Assembly: GCA_031409275.1 (NCBI GenBank)
Contig: JANNXA010000034.1
Location: forward strand, 96,001 to 160,000
DNA length: 64,000 bases
From: Planctomycetota bacterium
Lineage (GTDB): Bacteria; Planctomycetota; B15-G4; SIAN01
Direction of reading: 5' to 3'
Made by a program: the position numbers and the translations under genes. Positions within the stretch are counted from its first letter, which is position 1; every line of letters starts with the position of its first letter. The notes below the pieces were generated by a model that was given only the letters and a program-made list of their open reading frames with translations, was not told the origin of the DNA and did no database searches. Shown here piece by piece: positions 10,401 to 19,067 of this stretch.

Positions 10401-10755
10401 ACGCGAGCACCACGCGCACGCCGTTCGGATCGCGCAGCTGCGCCAGCGCCTTCTCGCGCTCGCTCTTGTTGCGGCGCGCTTCCGGCGTGCCCGCTTCGAA
10501 GCGTTCGAGCTCCGGCAGGCGCGCCATCGTGATGCCCGGCGCCAGCAGCGGCCAGTCGAGCTCGACATCCTTCGCGTCGCTGGCGCGCGCCGTGACCAGC
10601 AGCAGCCGCACGTTCGCGGCGTTGGCGAGCGCTGCCGTGAACCAGGTGGCGGCCGAGCCGTGAACTTCGCTGACGCTCGCGCTCGCGCGTTCGCCGCGCG
10701 CCACCGCCAGCAACGCCGGTGCGATCTCGGGTCGTGGCAAGGCAGGAGCGCTCAT
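7492..10755 (-). CDS. mfd: Transcription-repair coupling factor
   Basis: UvrB-homology region (RGDIVDFFP, ELFDDEIESLRAFDPESQRS), RID (VVHQTHGVALF), GDVGFGKTEVA, DEEQRFGVKHKE, LSATPIPRTL, QLRGRIGRS, DLEIRGAGNLLG, TRCF C-terminal domain. Confidence 0.97.
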   Translation of the reverse strand: MSAPALPRPEIAPALLAVARGERASASVSEVHGSAATWFTAALANAANVRLLLVTARASDAKDVELDWPLLAPGITMARLPELERFEAGTPEARRNKSEREKALAQLRDPNGVRVVLASLAALADSAGDPTAPRSEHLVLKARQRIDREELRRRLYASGLEPAPLVSAPGEVSFRGDIVDFFPYGATRPTRLELFDDEIESLRAFDPESQRSTGELLEVELIGTPTATRLVQQSEAAGVRRFTAQDHFAEPPLCVRIDPVAHELAVAKVAEEQPGRAGDWQQALARAATLPRIDLHPELHAGADQSLLARPVEGAGGIHELGRFCDRLDAAIDKLVIYSATAAEGRRITTLLRAHLPASPRRSIVDARGGLAAGFWCAAAGVWAGNHHELLGRTRLQRVSELRATAARPIREMLELTPGEFVVHQTHGVALFRGMKEMKQEGGTEDYLELEFEEATLLYVPASKIDLVSRYIGAGGSAPKLDKVGGKSWARKKADVENALDDMSEELLELQAQRKTRPGHAYAPDDEMQAEFDASFPYADTHDQVGASEEIKRDMQLPRAMDRLLCGDVGFGKTEVAIRAVFKAATQGKQVAVLAPTTLLVRQHAETFKNRMADYPLRVEALSRLTPPKKSREVIEGLRQGHVDVAIGSHRLLSSKVSFKDLGLLVIDEEQRFGVKHKEALKKLKTTVDVLTLSATPIPRTLHMALVGLRDISTLREPPRGRLPVETRVTYEDDELVRAAIERELEREGQVIYLFNRVGPIYDVAAKVKRLVPGARVGVAHGQLPGTKLESVALSFAAREIDVLVCTTIIEAGIDIPTVNTLVVDRADLMGLADLHQLRGRIGRSDRKAYALFFIPKKPLPAIALKRLRALEGLSHLGAGFDIAIRDLEIRGAGNLLGKEQSGHIASIGYDLYCRMLAKSIAKRRGHKLPAEPEEIDVGIGLPAFLPREYVRSSHQRMEILRRLGEARSPEAVALLQTEMRDRFGRPPAPVQHLIDMFQLKEHCRRLGIARVFHTGGGEVLLFVRDYNRFGKLRLRRGEGRHVEGSRVMVVLPPEVRTPEELLRYLLAEFEERPAAAPPRVMGDRKS

Positions 10756-10819
10756 CGCGGCACGCTACCATCCGCGCTCGACGACGAGGCGCAGTGCAAG
10801 AGCCGCGGCGAGGGCCACC

Positions 10820-12931
10820 ATGACGACGTTGGGACGACTCGTGACGGGCGCGCTGCTGGGCTTCGCCGCGTGGCCTGCGTCCGCACGCGCGCAGGCGGGT
10901 GGCGACGAATCGAGCCTGATCGCCGCGATCGAGTCGGCGCGCGATGACGCCGACGTCGAGCAGCTCGCGCAGCTCGCGATGAAGAAGACGCCAACCGCCG
11001 CCAAGGCGCTGGTCGCCTTCTACGGCAACCTCGCCAGCATCTGGATGAAGCGCGAAGTGCTGCGCGCGCTTGGCCAGTTCGACGGCGCCGGCGAGGCGGC
11101 CGCGCCCGCGCTCGATCACGTGGCGACGGTTGCCGCCAACGCCACCGAACCGGAGCTGCGCGACGCCGCGTTCGAGGCGCTCGCCCAATGCACCCGGCTG
11201 GGGCCCGCCTACCTCGCCAAGGTGGTCGAGCTGCCGGTGCAGGATCAGGTGCGCGAGCGCGCGCTCGCGCTGCACGGGAAGCTCGCCGACCCGAAAGCGA
11301 ACGAGGAGTGGTATCGCAAGCTCTACAGCGACGAGAAGCTGCCGAAGAAGTTGCGCGAGCGCGCCTTCGAGGCGCTGGTGAAAGGGATGAAGGACGCCGA
11401 GCTGATCAAGGCGTTCAAGGACCTCCACGATGGCACGCTGCGACGACTCGCGCTGGAGGCGTTGGCCACGCGCGACGTGGCCGCCACCGCGGACCTCGCG
11501 CTCGACACGCTGAAGCAGGTGAATGCGTTGCCGACCGATCGTGCCGCGGCGGCGCGCGTGCTCGCGGAGAAGAAAGGGGCGAAGGCGGCCGACGTGCTGA
11601 TCGAGATCGGCCTGACGCAGGCCACCACCGGCGAGCATCTGCGCGAGGCGGTGGCGACGCTGCTCGCCGAGATGAAGGACGAAGGGGTCGACAAGCGTCT
11701 CGCCGGCCTGCTCGGCAAGGGCAAGCCGCACGAGAAGCTCTTCGCGCTCCACGCGACGCGCCACTTGCTGCTCGCCGACGACAAGCTGCGCAAGAAGGTG
11801 CGCGCGCAGATCGACGACAAGGATGTCGAGGTGCGCCAGCTCGCCATCCGCTTGCTGGGCGAGGCGCGCGACGTCGAGGTCGCCGCGGATCTCGACAAGG
11901 TGCTGGCGAAGAGCAAGGAGCGTGGCGACCTGCCGGTCGTCGTCGCGGCGCTCACCGCGATCCGCGCCGGCGAAGAGGGATGGCGCAAGAAGCTGCTCGA
12001 GTTCGCAGCGGGCGCCGACCGCGATCTGCGCAACGGCGCGTTGCAGTCGCTCTCCGCCGCGCCGCAGGCCGCCGACCTTCCGCTCTATCGGCAGGCCTTG
12101 ACGCACGCGGACTGGTCGACGCGCCTCATCGCGCTGGCCGCGATCGAGAAGCTGCGCGATCGCGACAGCGTCGGCGACGTCGTGGCGCAGATGCAGAAAG
12201 AGGACGGGCGCACGCAGGCGGAGTTCGGCGCGGCGCTCTTCCGCCTCACCGGCGAGCTGCACGAGACCGACGCGGCGACCTGGAAGAAGTGGTGGGAGGG
12301 GCCGGGCCGCTCGCTGCCGTTGATCAGCGCCGCCGACCTCGAGAAGAAGGTCGCCGAGCGTGAACGCAAGCGCCTGAAGCAGACGACCGTCGCCCGCTTC
12401 TTTGGCGTCAAGATCGACTCGCACAAGGTCACCTTCGTCGTCGACATCTCCGGTTCGATGGCGGAGCAGTTGCAGAGCACCATCACCGATGGCCGCCCGG
12501 CGACGCGCATGGACGTGGTGAAGCGCGAACTGGTGAAGGCGATCGAGGCGCTCGAGGCCGGCGCCTGGTTCAACGTCGTCACCTTCAACGCCGCGGTCGC
12601 GCCCTGGAAGCCCGCCTTGACGCCGCTCACCGACAAGAGCCGCGCCGAGGCGATCGACTACGTCGAACATCTCGGCTCGCGCGGCGGCACCAACATCTAC
12701 GACGCGCTCGAAGCGGTCTTCCTCGACCCGGAGGTCGACACCGTCTTCCTGCTGACCGACGGCGAGCCGAGCGCCGGCGCCGTCACCGACCTGCAGCGCA
12801 TCCGCGAGCACCTCGCCCGCTGGAATTCGACGCGCCACGTGAAGCTGCACTGCATCGGCGTCGGCGGCGACTTCCCGCTGCTCGAGTGGCTCGCGCTCGA
12901 CGCGGGCGGGACCTACACGAAGTTCAACTGA
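10820..12931 (+). CDS. Secreted HEAT-repeat protein with C-terminal vWA domain
   Basis: Signal peptide (ARA-Q); HEAT/PBS-lyase-like helical repeats; MIDAS motif DISGSM, GGTNIYDAL, FLLTDGEPS. Confidence 0.85.
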   Translation: MTTLGRLVTGALLGFAAWPASARAQAGGDESSLIAAIESARDDADVEQLAQLAMKKTPTAAKALVAFYGNLASIWMKREVLRALGQFDGAGEAAAPALDHVATVAANATEPELRDAAFEALAQCTRLGPAYLAKVVELPVQDQVRERALALHGKLADPKANEEWYRKLYSDEKLPKKLRERAFEALVKGMKDAELIKAFKDLHDGTLRRLALEALATRDVAATADLALDTLKQVNALPTDRAAAARVLAEKKGAKAADVLIEIGLTQATTGEHLREAVATLLAEMKDEGVDKRLAGLLGKGKPHEKLFALHATRHLLLADDKLRKKVRAQIDDKDVEVRQLAIRLLGEARDVEVAADLDKVLAKSKERGDLPVVVAALTAIRAGEEGWRKKLLEFAAGADRDLRNGALQSLSAAPQAADLPLYRQALTHADWSTRLIALAAIEKLRDRDSVGDVVAQMQKEDGRTQAEFGAALFRLTGELHETDAATWKKWWEGPGRSLPLISAADLEKKVAERERKRLKQTTVARFFGVKIDSHKVTFVVDISGSMAEQLQSTITDGRPATRMDVVKRELVKAIEALEAGAWFNVVTFNAAVAPWKPALTPLTDKSRAEAIDYVEHLGSRGGTNIYDALEAVFLDPEVDTVFLLTDGEPSAGAVTDLQRIREHLARWNSTRHVKLHCIGVGGDFPLLEWLALDAGGTYTKFN

Positions 12932-13098
12932 GCCGCCGAATCGAGGATCCGGTGCCAGCGCGAGGGTCTCGAACGGTCGGACGCTGATCCGCTGGCAACA
13001 TCGATTCCAGCTGGTCGGACCCAAGCGCCGAACTCGCGATAGCCTCGTCCGCGCGGCGTCAACGTCGCCGCCCCCCCCTCGCTCCGGAGTCGAACGAG

Positions 13099-15387
13099 AT
13101 GTCGCCGCTTCCCGCGCTCGGGTTCCTGTTGTCGGCGATCTTGCAGGTGCCGCCGCCCACCGACGAACCCGCGCCGAATCCTGCGTCCGTGCCGCTGCAA
13201 TCCGCCGGCACGCTGCGGATGGTCGAACTGCTGAGACAGTGCACCGCGCGCGTCGATCCGCAGAAGGCGCCGTACATGAACGATGTGCGCGTGCCGTTGA
13301 TCCGCGCTTCCGTTGCGACCGCGTCGAATCCGGGCGAGAAGCGCCGCCTGCGCGAGGTGCTCGGCTACGAGCTGCTGCTGAACGGCGAGACCCAGGCGGG
13401 GATCGACGAGCTCACGTCGCTTCGCGCGGAGTACCTCGCGAAGAATCCGCCGAACGCCGCGACCAAGCTGCCAGGGATCCGCAGCTTGCTCGCGATCGCC
13501 TGGATGCGGCTTGGCGAGCAGGAGAACTGCCTCGCCAATCACGGCCCCGACAGCTGCCTCGCTCCGCTCCAGGGCGGCGGCATCCACGCTTTTCCGCGCG
13601 GAGCGGAGAACGCGTTGAGGGAGCTCACGGACGCCCTGCACGACACGCCGGACGACCTCGGCGCGCGCTGGATCTACAACGTCGCGTCGATGCAGCTCGG
13701 GCGCTGGCCGGATCAGGTCCCGAAGGAACTGCTGGTCCCGGCGGCTGCGTTCGCGTCGGACTGCGACTTCCCGCGCTTCTTCGACGTGGCGCCGCGACTC
13801 GGGCTCGACACCGTCACGGGCGCGGGGGGCGCGATCGCAGAGGACTTCGACCGCGACGGCTTCATCGACGTCTTGTGCTCCGGATTCGGTCTGAGCGAGC
13901 AGCTCCGCGTCTTCCGCAACAACGGCGATGGAACCTTCACCGACCGGACGAAGGCGGCGGGACTCGAAGGGCTCTTCGGCGGCTTCAACTGCCTCGACTT
14001 CGACTTCGACAATGACGGCTTCGTCGACGTCATCGTGCCGCGCGGCGCGTGGTTTCGTGGCGAGGGCAAGTTCCCGAAGTCGCTGCTGCGCAACCGCGGC
14101 GACTTCACCTTCGAGGACGTGACCGAACAGGCGGGAATGCTCACGTTCGCTCCCTGCCAGAAGGCGTGCGTCGGCGACTTCGATGGCGATGGGTGGCTCG
14201 ACCTCTACTACGGGTGCGAGTACAGCAAGGACGCTCCGATCTCGCCCGAGCTCTGGTGGAACCAGCGCAATGGCACGTTCCAGAATGTCGCGACCGAGGT
14301 CGGGCTCAACCCCAAGCTCTTCATCAAGGGCTGCGCCGCCGGCGACTACGACAATGACGGACGCATCGATCTCTACTCGTCGGTGCTCGGCGCGAAGAAC
14401 CACCTGTTCCGCAACGAGCCCGTGGTCGCGCCGGCCGGCCGCCCGAATTTCCGCTTCCGCGACGTGACCGTCGAGGCCGGCATCCCCGACTTCCAGGACA
14501 ACTTCACGACGTGGTTCTTCGACTACGACAACGATGGATTCCTCGACATCGCGACTTGCGGCTACACGGTCCTGAACGACAAGGCGCCCGCCGACGTCGC
14601 CCGTCTCTACCTCGGCATGCCGACGACCGGTGACCGGTTCCACCTCTATCGCAATCGCGGAAACTCGACCTTCGAGGACGTCTCGCGCGCGATGGGCGTC
14701 GATCGCTCGATCCTCTCGATGGGCGCCAACTTCGGTGACATCGACAACGACGGTTGGCTCGACTTCTACATCGGTACCGGCGATCCCGACCTGCGCACGC
14801 TCATGCCGAACAAGATGTTCCGGAACGACGGCGGCAAGCGGTTCCAGGACGTGACAAGCGCCGGCGGCTTCGGCCATCTGCAGAAGGGCCACGGCGTCGT
14901 CTTCGCCGACTTCGACAACGACGGCGATCAGGACCTCTACCACTCGCTGGGCGGCACCTACACCGGCGACAAGTACCAGCACGTCCTCTTCGAGAATCCG
15001 GGGTTTCCCGGCAACCACTGGATCACGATCGAACTGCGCGGAGTGAAGTCGAACCGCTACGGCGTCGGGACGCGAGTCGCGATCACGGTGGCGACGCCGG
15101 CCGGCTCGCGCGTGATCCACGTCGTCGGCGGCACCGGCAGCGATTTCGGCGGCAACTCGCTGCAGCTCGAGATCGGACTCGGCGATGCGACGGCGATCGA
15201 GAAGATCGAGCTTTTCTGGCCAGCGTCCGGCATCCGCCAGTCGATCCCTGGCAACGCCGTCGGCCTCACCTTGGATGAGAAGATCCTGATCGAGGAGGGC
15301 GACGACACGGTCGTGCCCGTCCCGATGAAACGGATCGATCTTTCGCCCGACGACGCGCCGCCGACCGAGCACCACCACCACCACTGA
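13099..15387 (+). CDS. CRTAC1-family FG-GAP/VCBS repeat protein with ASPIC/UnbV C-terminal domain
   Basis: About seven DxDxDGxxD FG-GAP repeats, FxDVT motifs, GFGHLQKGHG, SNRYGVGTRV...LEIGLGDAT..IELFWP. Confidence 0.88.
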   Translation: MSPLPALGFLLSAILQVPPPTDEPAPNPASVPLQSAGTLRMVELLRQCTARVDPQKAPYMNDVRVPLIRASVATASNPGEKRRLREVLGYELLLNGETQAGIDELTSLRAEYLAKNPPNAATKLPGIRSLLAIAWMRLGEQENCLANHGPDSCLAPLQGGGIHAFPRGAENALRELTDALHDTPDDLGARWIYNVASMQLGRWPDQVPKELLVPAAAFASDCDFPRFFDVAPRLGLDTVTGAGGAIAEDFDRDGFIDVLCSGFGLSEQLRVFRNNGDGTFTDRTKAAGLEGLFGGFNCLDFDFDNDGFVDVIVPRGAWFRGEGKFPKSLLRNRGDFTFEDVTEQAGMLTFAPCQKACVGDFDGDGWLDLYYGCEYSKDAPISPELWWNQRNGTFQNVATEVGLNPKLFIKGCAAGDYDNDGRIDLYSSVLGAKNHLFRNEPVVAPAGRPNFRFRDVTVEAGIPDFQDNFTTWFFDYDNDGFLDIATCGYTVLNDKAPADVARLYLGMPTTGDRFHLYRNRGNSTFEDVSRAMGVDRSILSMGANFGDIDNDGWLDFYIGTGDPDLRTLMPNKMFRNDGGKRFQDVTSAGGFGHLQKGHGVVFADFDNDGDQDLYHSLGGTYTGDKYQHVLFENPGFPGNHWITIELRGVKSNRYGVGTRVAITVATPAGSRVIHVVGGTGSDFGGNSLQLEIGLGDATAIEKIELFWPASGIRQSIPGNAVGLTLDEKILIEEGDDTVVPVPMKRIDLSPDDAPPTEHHHHH

Positions 15388-15636
15388 TCACCGGCACGGC
15401 GCGATCGCTGCACGCCAACGCGGTGTGAAGACGTCGCGCAGTCGACTCGATCCATCCCGCTCGCCCGCCTCGGCTTCGCGAGGTTCGGGCCGATGCGAAG
15501 CAACGACCTCGCCATCGCGAGCGCCGTCGTCACGTCGTTCCTTCACGTGCCGTTGATCGTCTCTTTGCGCGCGCCCGCGATCCTTCACCATCGATGAAGG
15601 CCGGCCTGCGGCGTCGATCCACGCGATGCGCTGCAA

Positions 15637-15681
15637 CCCTCACGCGCTCTTCATCACGCCTCCACACCGTTGGCCTAGGTT
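15637..15681 (+). promoter_or_regulatory. Candidate Pho-box-type (OmpR/PhoB family) activator site plus -10 element
   Basis: Three heptamers at 11-bp period (CCCTCAC 15637, TCTTCAT 15648, CCTCCAC 15659), then 10 nt, then TAGGTT (15676-15681). Confidence 0.5.
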
Positions 15682-15757
15682 CCTGCGCCATCGGAGATCC
15701 AGGCGAGATCGGCTCCCGCGGACTCCGGTTTGAGACCTCAGCTCGAGGAGACATCCG

Positions 15758-17662
15758 TTGAAGAATCCAGCTCACAAGGCCCTGCTGCTAGGCATGGGCA
15801 TGGCTGGGATGGTCGGACGCGCGCACGCGGCCGAGATCCTGGTCACGACTGACATCTCCACGTCGACGACGTGGACCGCGGACAACACCTACAACCTCCA
15901 GAATCAGATCTACGTCATGCCGGGCGCGAGCCTGACGATCGAGGCGGGCACGCTGATCATCAGCGACACCGGCGTCGGCGGCAGCCTCGCGGTGACCAAG
16001 GGCGCGCAGATCTTCGTGCAGGGCACGCAGGCGGCCCCGGTGATCTTCACGTCGAAGGCGGACCAGGCCACCTGGACCGGCGGCGACCCGAAGACGGGCG
16101 CCTGGCGCGAAGGCGTGAACGAGTGGGGCAACCTGACGATCATGGGCGCGGGGTACATCTCCGAGAACGCCGTCGCGGGCAACACCGCCACTCCGAACGC
16201 GAACAACGTCGCGGCGATGGAAGGGCTCGTCGCCGGCTTCTCCGGTGACACGAAGGTCCTCTACGGCGGCGGCAACGACGACGACGACAGCGGCTCGATC
16301 AGCTACGTCTCGCTGCGCTTCGGCGGCAAGGTCGTCGGGCTCAACAACGAGCTGAACGGTCTTTCGCTCGGCGGCATCGGCCGCGGCACCGACATCCGCA
16401 ACGTCGAGATCATGAACAACGTCGACGACGGCGTGGAGATCTGGGGCGGCACGGTCAACCTCAAGTACCTCAGCATCTGGAACATCGGCGACGACTGCGT
16501 CGACCTCGACCAGGGTTATCGCGGCAAGATGCAGGACCTCCTGCTGGTGCAGGGCTATTCGACGAACGCGAGCCAGGGCTCGGGCGTCGGCGACAACTGC
16601 TTCGAGACCGACGGTGCCGAGGATTCGGACTGGCAGCCGGTCACCACGGCCACGATCTACAACGCGACGGTCATCGGCCAGCCGGTCGACGGCGACCACG
16701 CCACCGCGTGGCGCGACAACGCGCGCGTCCAGTACCGCAACTGCATCTTCATGGACCTCGGCGAGCGCCTGGTGTCGTTCGACAACCAGGACGGCGATGG
16801 CGGCAGCGGCTACGGCTTCAACGGCACGCTGTCGTGGGCAAGCACGTGGACCACGGACTGGAACAACTACTCCAGCGTGAACGCGCCGGCGAATCCGGCT
16901 GATTTCTACAAGGCGCAGACCTCGGGCAAGCTCGCCGAGATCACCGACAGCGTCTGCTTCCGCAACCTGAACAGCGCGGCCTACACCGAGGCGAACAACC
17001 GCAACGTCTTCGACGTCGCCAACAACAACGTCCAGATCGCGGGCTTCGCGGACGTCGACTCGCCGGTCACCACGCTGACCCGCGGCGCGGCGGTCGTCAA
17101 GGGCGGCAAGACGATGCTGCCGGTCACCTACCTCGATCCGCGTCCGGCCAATGAGGCGCTGACCAGCGTCGAGTGGGCTCCGAAGGACGGCTTCTTCCAC
17201 TCGGCGCGCTATCGCGGCGCGTTCAAGCCGGGTCTCAACTGGCTGTGTGGTTGGACGGCTTCGCAGGCCTATGGCTTCACGCCGACCGACTGCGGTTGGA
17301 CGGACCTCGAGAACGCGCTTGCCGGCACCAACGGCGATCCGCTGCTGACGGCCACCGGCGATCTGACGCCGGACACCGACATCACCGTCTACGTCAGCAA
17401 TGGCCTCCCGAATGCCTACGCGGCGCTGATCTTCGGTTTCTCCCGCATCGATATCCCCTTCCAGCAAGGGATCCTCGTCCCGTTCCCGAACGTCGTCATC
17501 CTCGGCCTGTTGACCGATGCCAACGGCGAGATCGAGATCACCGACACGATCCCGAGCGACGCTCCGTCCGACCTGAGCTTCTACGTCCAGTTCTGGATCT
17601 CCGATTCGGCGGGTCCGAAGAAGTGGTCGGCCACCAACTGCCTCCAGGGCACCACGCCCTGA
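15758..17662 (+). CDS. Secreted right-handed beta-helix protein of the TonB-receptor-associated type, with a distinct ~120-aa C-terminal domain
   Basis: GAGGAG RBS, TTG start, AHA signal peptide; GASLTIEAGT, DDDSGSISYVSLRFGG, NELNGLSLGGIGRGT, DDGVEIWGGTVNLKY motifs; Asn/Asp/Gly-rich. Confidence 0.8.
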   Translation: MKNPAHKALLLGMGMAGMVGRAHAAEILVTTDISTSTTWTADNTYNLQNQIYVMPGASLTIEAGTLIISDTGVGGSLAVTKGAQIFVQGTQAAPVIFTSKADQATWTGGDPKTGAWREGVNEWGNLTIMGAGYISENAVAGNTATPNANNVAAMEGLVAGFSGDTKVLYGGGNDDDDSGSISYVSLRFGGKVVGLNNELNGLSLGGIGRGTDIRNVEIMNNVDDGVEIWGGTVNLKYLSIWNIGDDCVDLDQGYRGKMQDLLLVQGYSTNASQGSGVGDNCFETDGAEDSDWQPVTTATIYNATVIGQPVDGDHATAWRDNARVQYRNCIFMDLGERLVSFDNQDGDGGSGYGFNGTLSWASTWTTDWNNYSSVNAPANPADFYKAQTSGKLAEITDSVCFRNLNSAAYTEANNRNVFDVANNNVQIAGFADVDSPVTTLTRGAAVVKGGKTMLPVTYLDPRPANEALTSVEWAPKDGFFHSARYRGAFKPGLNWLCGWTASQAYGFTPTDCGWTDLENALAGTNGDPLLTATGDLTPDTDITVYVSNGLPNAYAALIFGFSRIDIPFQQGILVPFPNVVILGLLTDANGEIEITDTIPSDAPSDLSFYVQFWISDSAGPKKWSATNCLQGTTP

Positions 17663-17725
17663 TCGCAGTCTCCACGCCGCGGACACTGCGCGGCTTGGCG
17701 TGATCGGTTCCTGATCGGTTCTTTC

Positions 17726-17756
17726 GGGGCGGCCGCCCGTTGGCGGCGGCCGCCCC
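17726..17756 (+). terminator. Intra-operon terminator/attenuator hairpin
   Basis: 12-bp perfect stem GGGGCGGCCGCC/GGCGGCCGCCCC followed by pyrimidine-rich TTCTCTC. Confidence 0.6.
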
Positions 17757-17822
17757 TTCTCTCGAGTCCGCCTGTGTCCTTGCTGTTCCTGTCTCGTCCT
17801 GACTCCAGACGGTGCTTCCCCT

Positions 17823-19067
17823 GTGATGAACGTACTCATGCTTCTGATGGTCGCGACGACGATGTCGCTCACCGAGTCCCTGGAGGCGTGCACCGCTCAG
17901 GTCCCACTGCCGGCGCCAGCTCCGGCAGTGGCGGCGACCGATGAGTCTGTGGCGAGCCCGTTCGACGCGCTGATCGATCTCGCCTGGCGCAGCGCGATCG
18001 CCGTTCCGCTGAACCCGCATGCGAAGACGCGGGCGCGGCTGCAGGAGTCGGTCGTCGACGCCTGCCTCGATCGAGCGGACCCGCAGCGCGCGCTGGCGTG
18101 GATCGACGCCATCGAGAACTGGCGCCGCGGCGCCGTCTACGCCGACTACGCATTTCGTTGCGCGAAGGCGGGCTCCCACGACGAGGCGCGCCGCGCCCTC
18201 GCGGTCGCGCTCGAGATCGCGAAGCTCCCGCCCGACGCGAATCCGCAGGATTGGCAGCGCGATCGCATCCTCTCCGGCGTCGCGCGCGCCTTGCTGGTGC
18301 TCGGGGATCGCGAGCCGGCGGCTCGCCTGGAGCTCGGCCTGTCCGAGTCGGAGTCGGGTCGCAGTGGCATCGTGCTGGCGGGCCAGCTTCCAGTCGAAGA
18401 ACTCGACGCGCAGCTCGCGATCCTCGACCCGATCCTGCTGAATGGCACGCTCGACCAGGTGCGCCACGCACTGGCCACGCTGACCGAGCTCTTTGACCGC
18501 TTCTACGCCGACGACGAGCGGCGTGGCTCGATCGAGTCGCGCATCGATTCCGTGCAGAGGAAGCTGCCGGTCGATCTGCGAATCGACGCGAGCCTCCGGA
18601 TGGCCGCAGCGGCCGTCGCCCACGACGCGCGGCCGCGCGCGCTGGCGCTCCTCGAGGACGCGCAGCGCGCGCTCGACGCCGCCCACTGGACGCCGGAGCT
18701 GCTGGTTCCGCTGCTCGCGCGCCTCGCGGTCGCGCGCCATGGCGCCGGCGACGCGACGCGCGCCCGCTTCGATCTCGACGCCGCGCTCGCGCACTTCCAC
18801 GCCGACCACGCGCGCATCGTCAACATCGATCGCGCCGACGCGCTGCGACCCGTCGCGGAAGGCTATGCGGCGCTCGGCGATCGGGCCGCGGCGCTCGCCG
18901 TCTATCGGCTCGCAGTCGAAGCTGGCGTCGAGAACCCGAACTCGCGACCGCGCGCCGAGGACCTCGTCCTGACGCTGCTGTCGCTCGCGAGTCACGCGGT
19001 CGAGCCTGACGCGCCGCTCCTCGATCGGTTGCGCAAGATCCACGAACTGCTGGGCGATCCGTGGTAG
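17823..19067 (+). CDS. Hypothetical exported all-helical (TPR-like) protein
   Basis: Hydrophobic N-terminus, Ala/Leu/Arg-rich helical repeats; overlaps the receptor start. Confidence 0.7.
   Translation: MMNVLMLLMVATTMSLTESLEACTAQVPLPAPAPAVAATDESVASPFDALIDLAWRSAIAVPLNPHAKTRARLQESVVDACLDRADPQRALAWIDAIENWRRGAVYADYAFRCAKAGSHDEARRALAVALEIAKLPPDANPQDWQRDRILSGVARALLVLGDREPAARLELGLSESESGRSGIVLAGQLPVEELDAQLAILDPILLNGTLDQVRHALATLTELFDRFYADDERRGSIESRIDSVQRKLPVDLRIDASLRMAAAAVAHDARPRALALLEDAQRALDAAHWTPELLVPLLARLAVARHGAGDATRARFDLDAALAHFHADHARIVNIDRADALRPVAEGYAALGDRAAALAVYRLAVEAGVENPNSRPRAEDLVLTLLSLASHAVEPDAPLLDRLRKIHELLGDPW

Noticed and set aside
7630..13024. Very long alternative-frame ORFs (7630..10947 +, 9179..13024 -) and similar ones opposite other genes (12913..15384, 18992..22111, 15788..17893)
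   Set aside because: Shadow ORFs expected in high-GC DNA; they overlap genes with clear family motifs and have no motifs of their own
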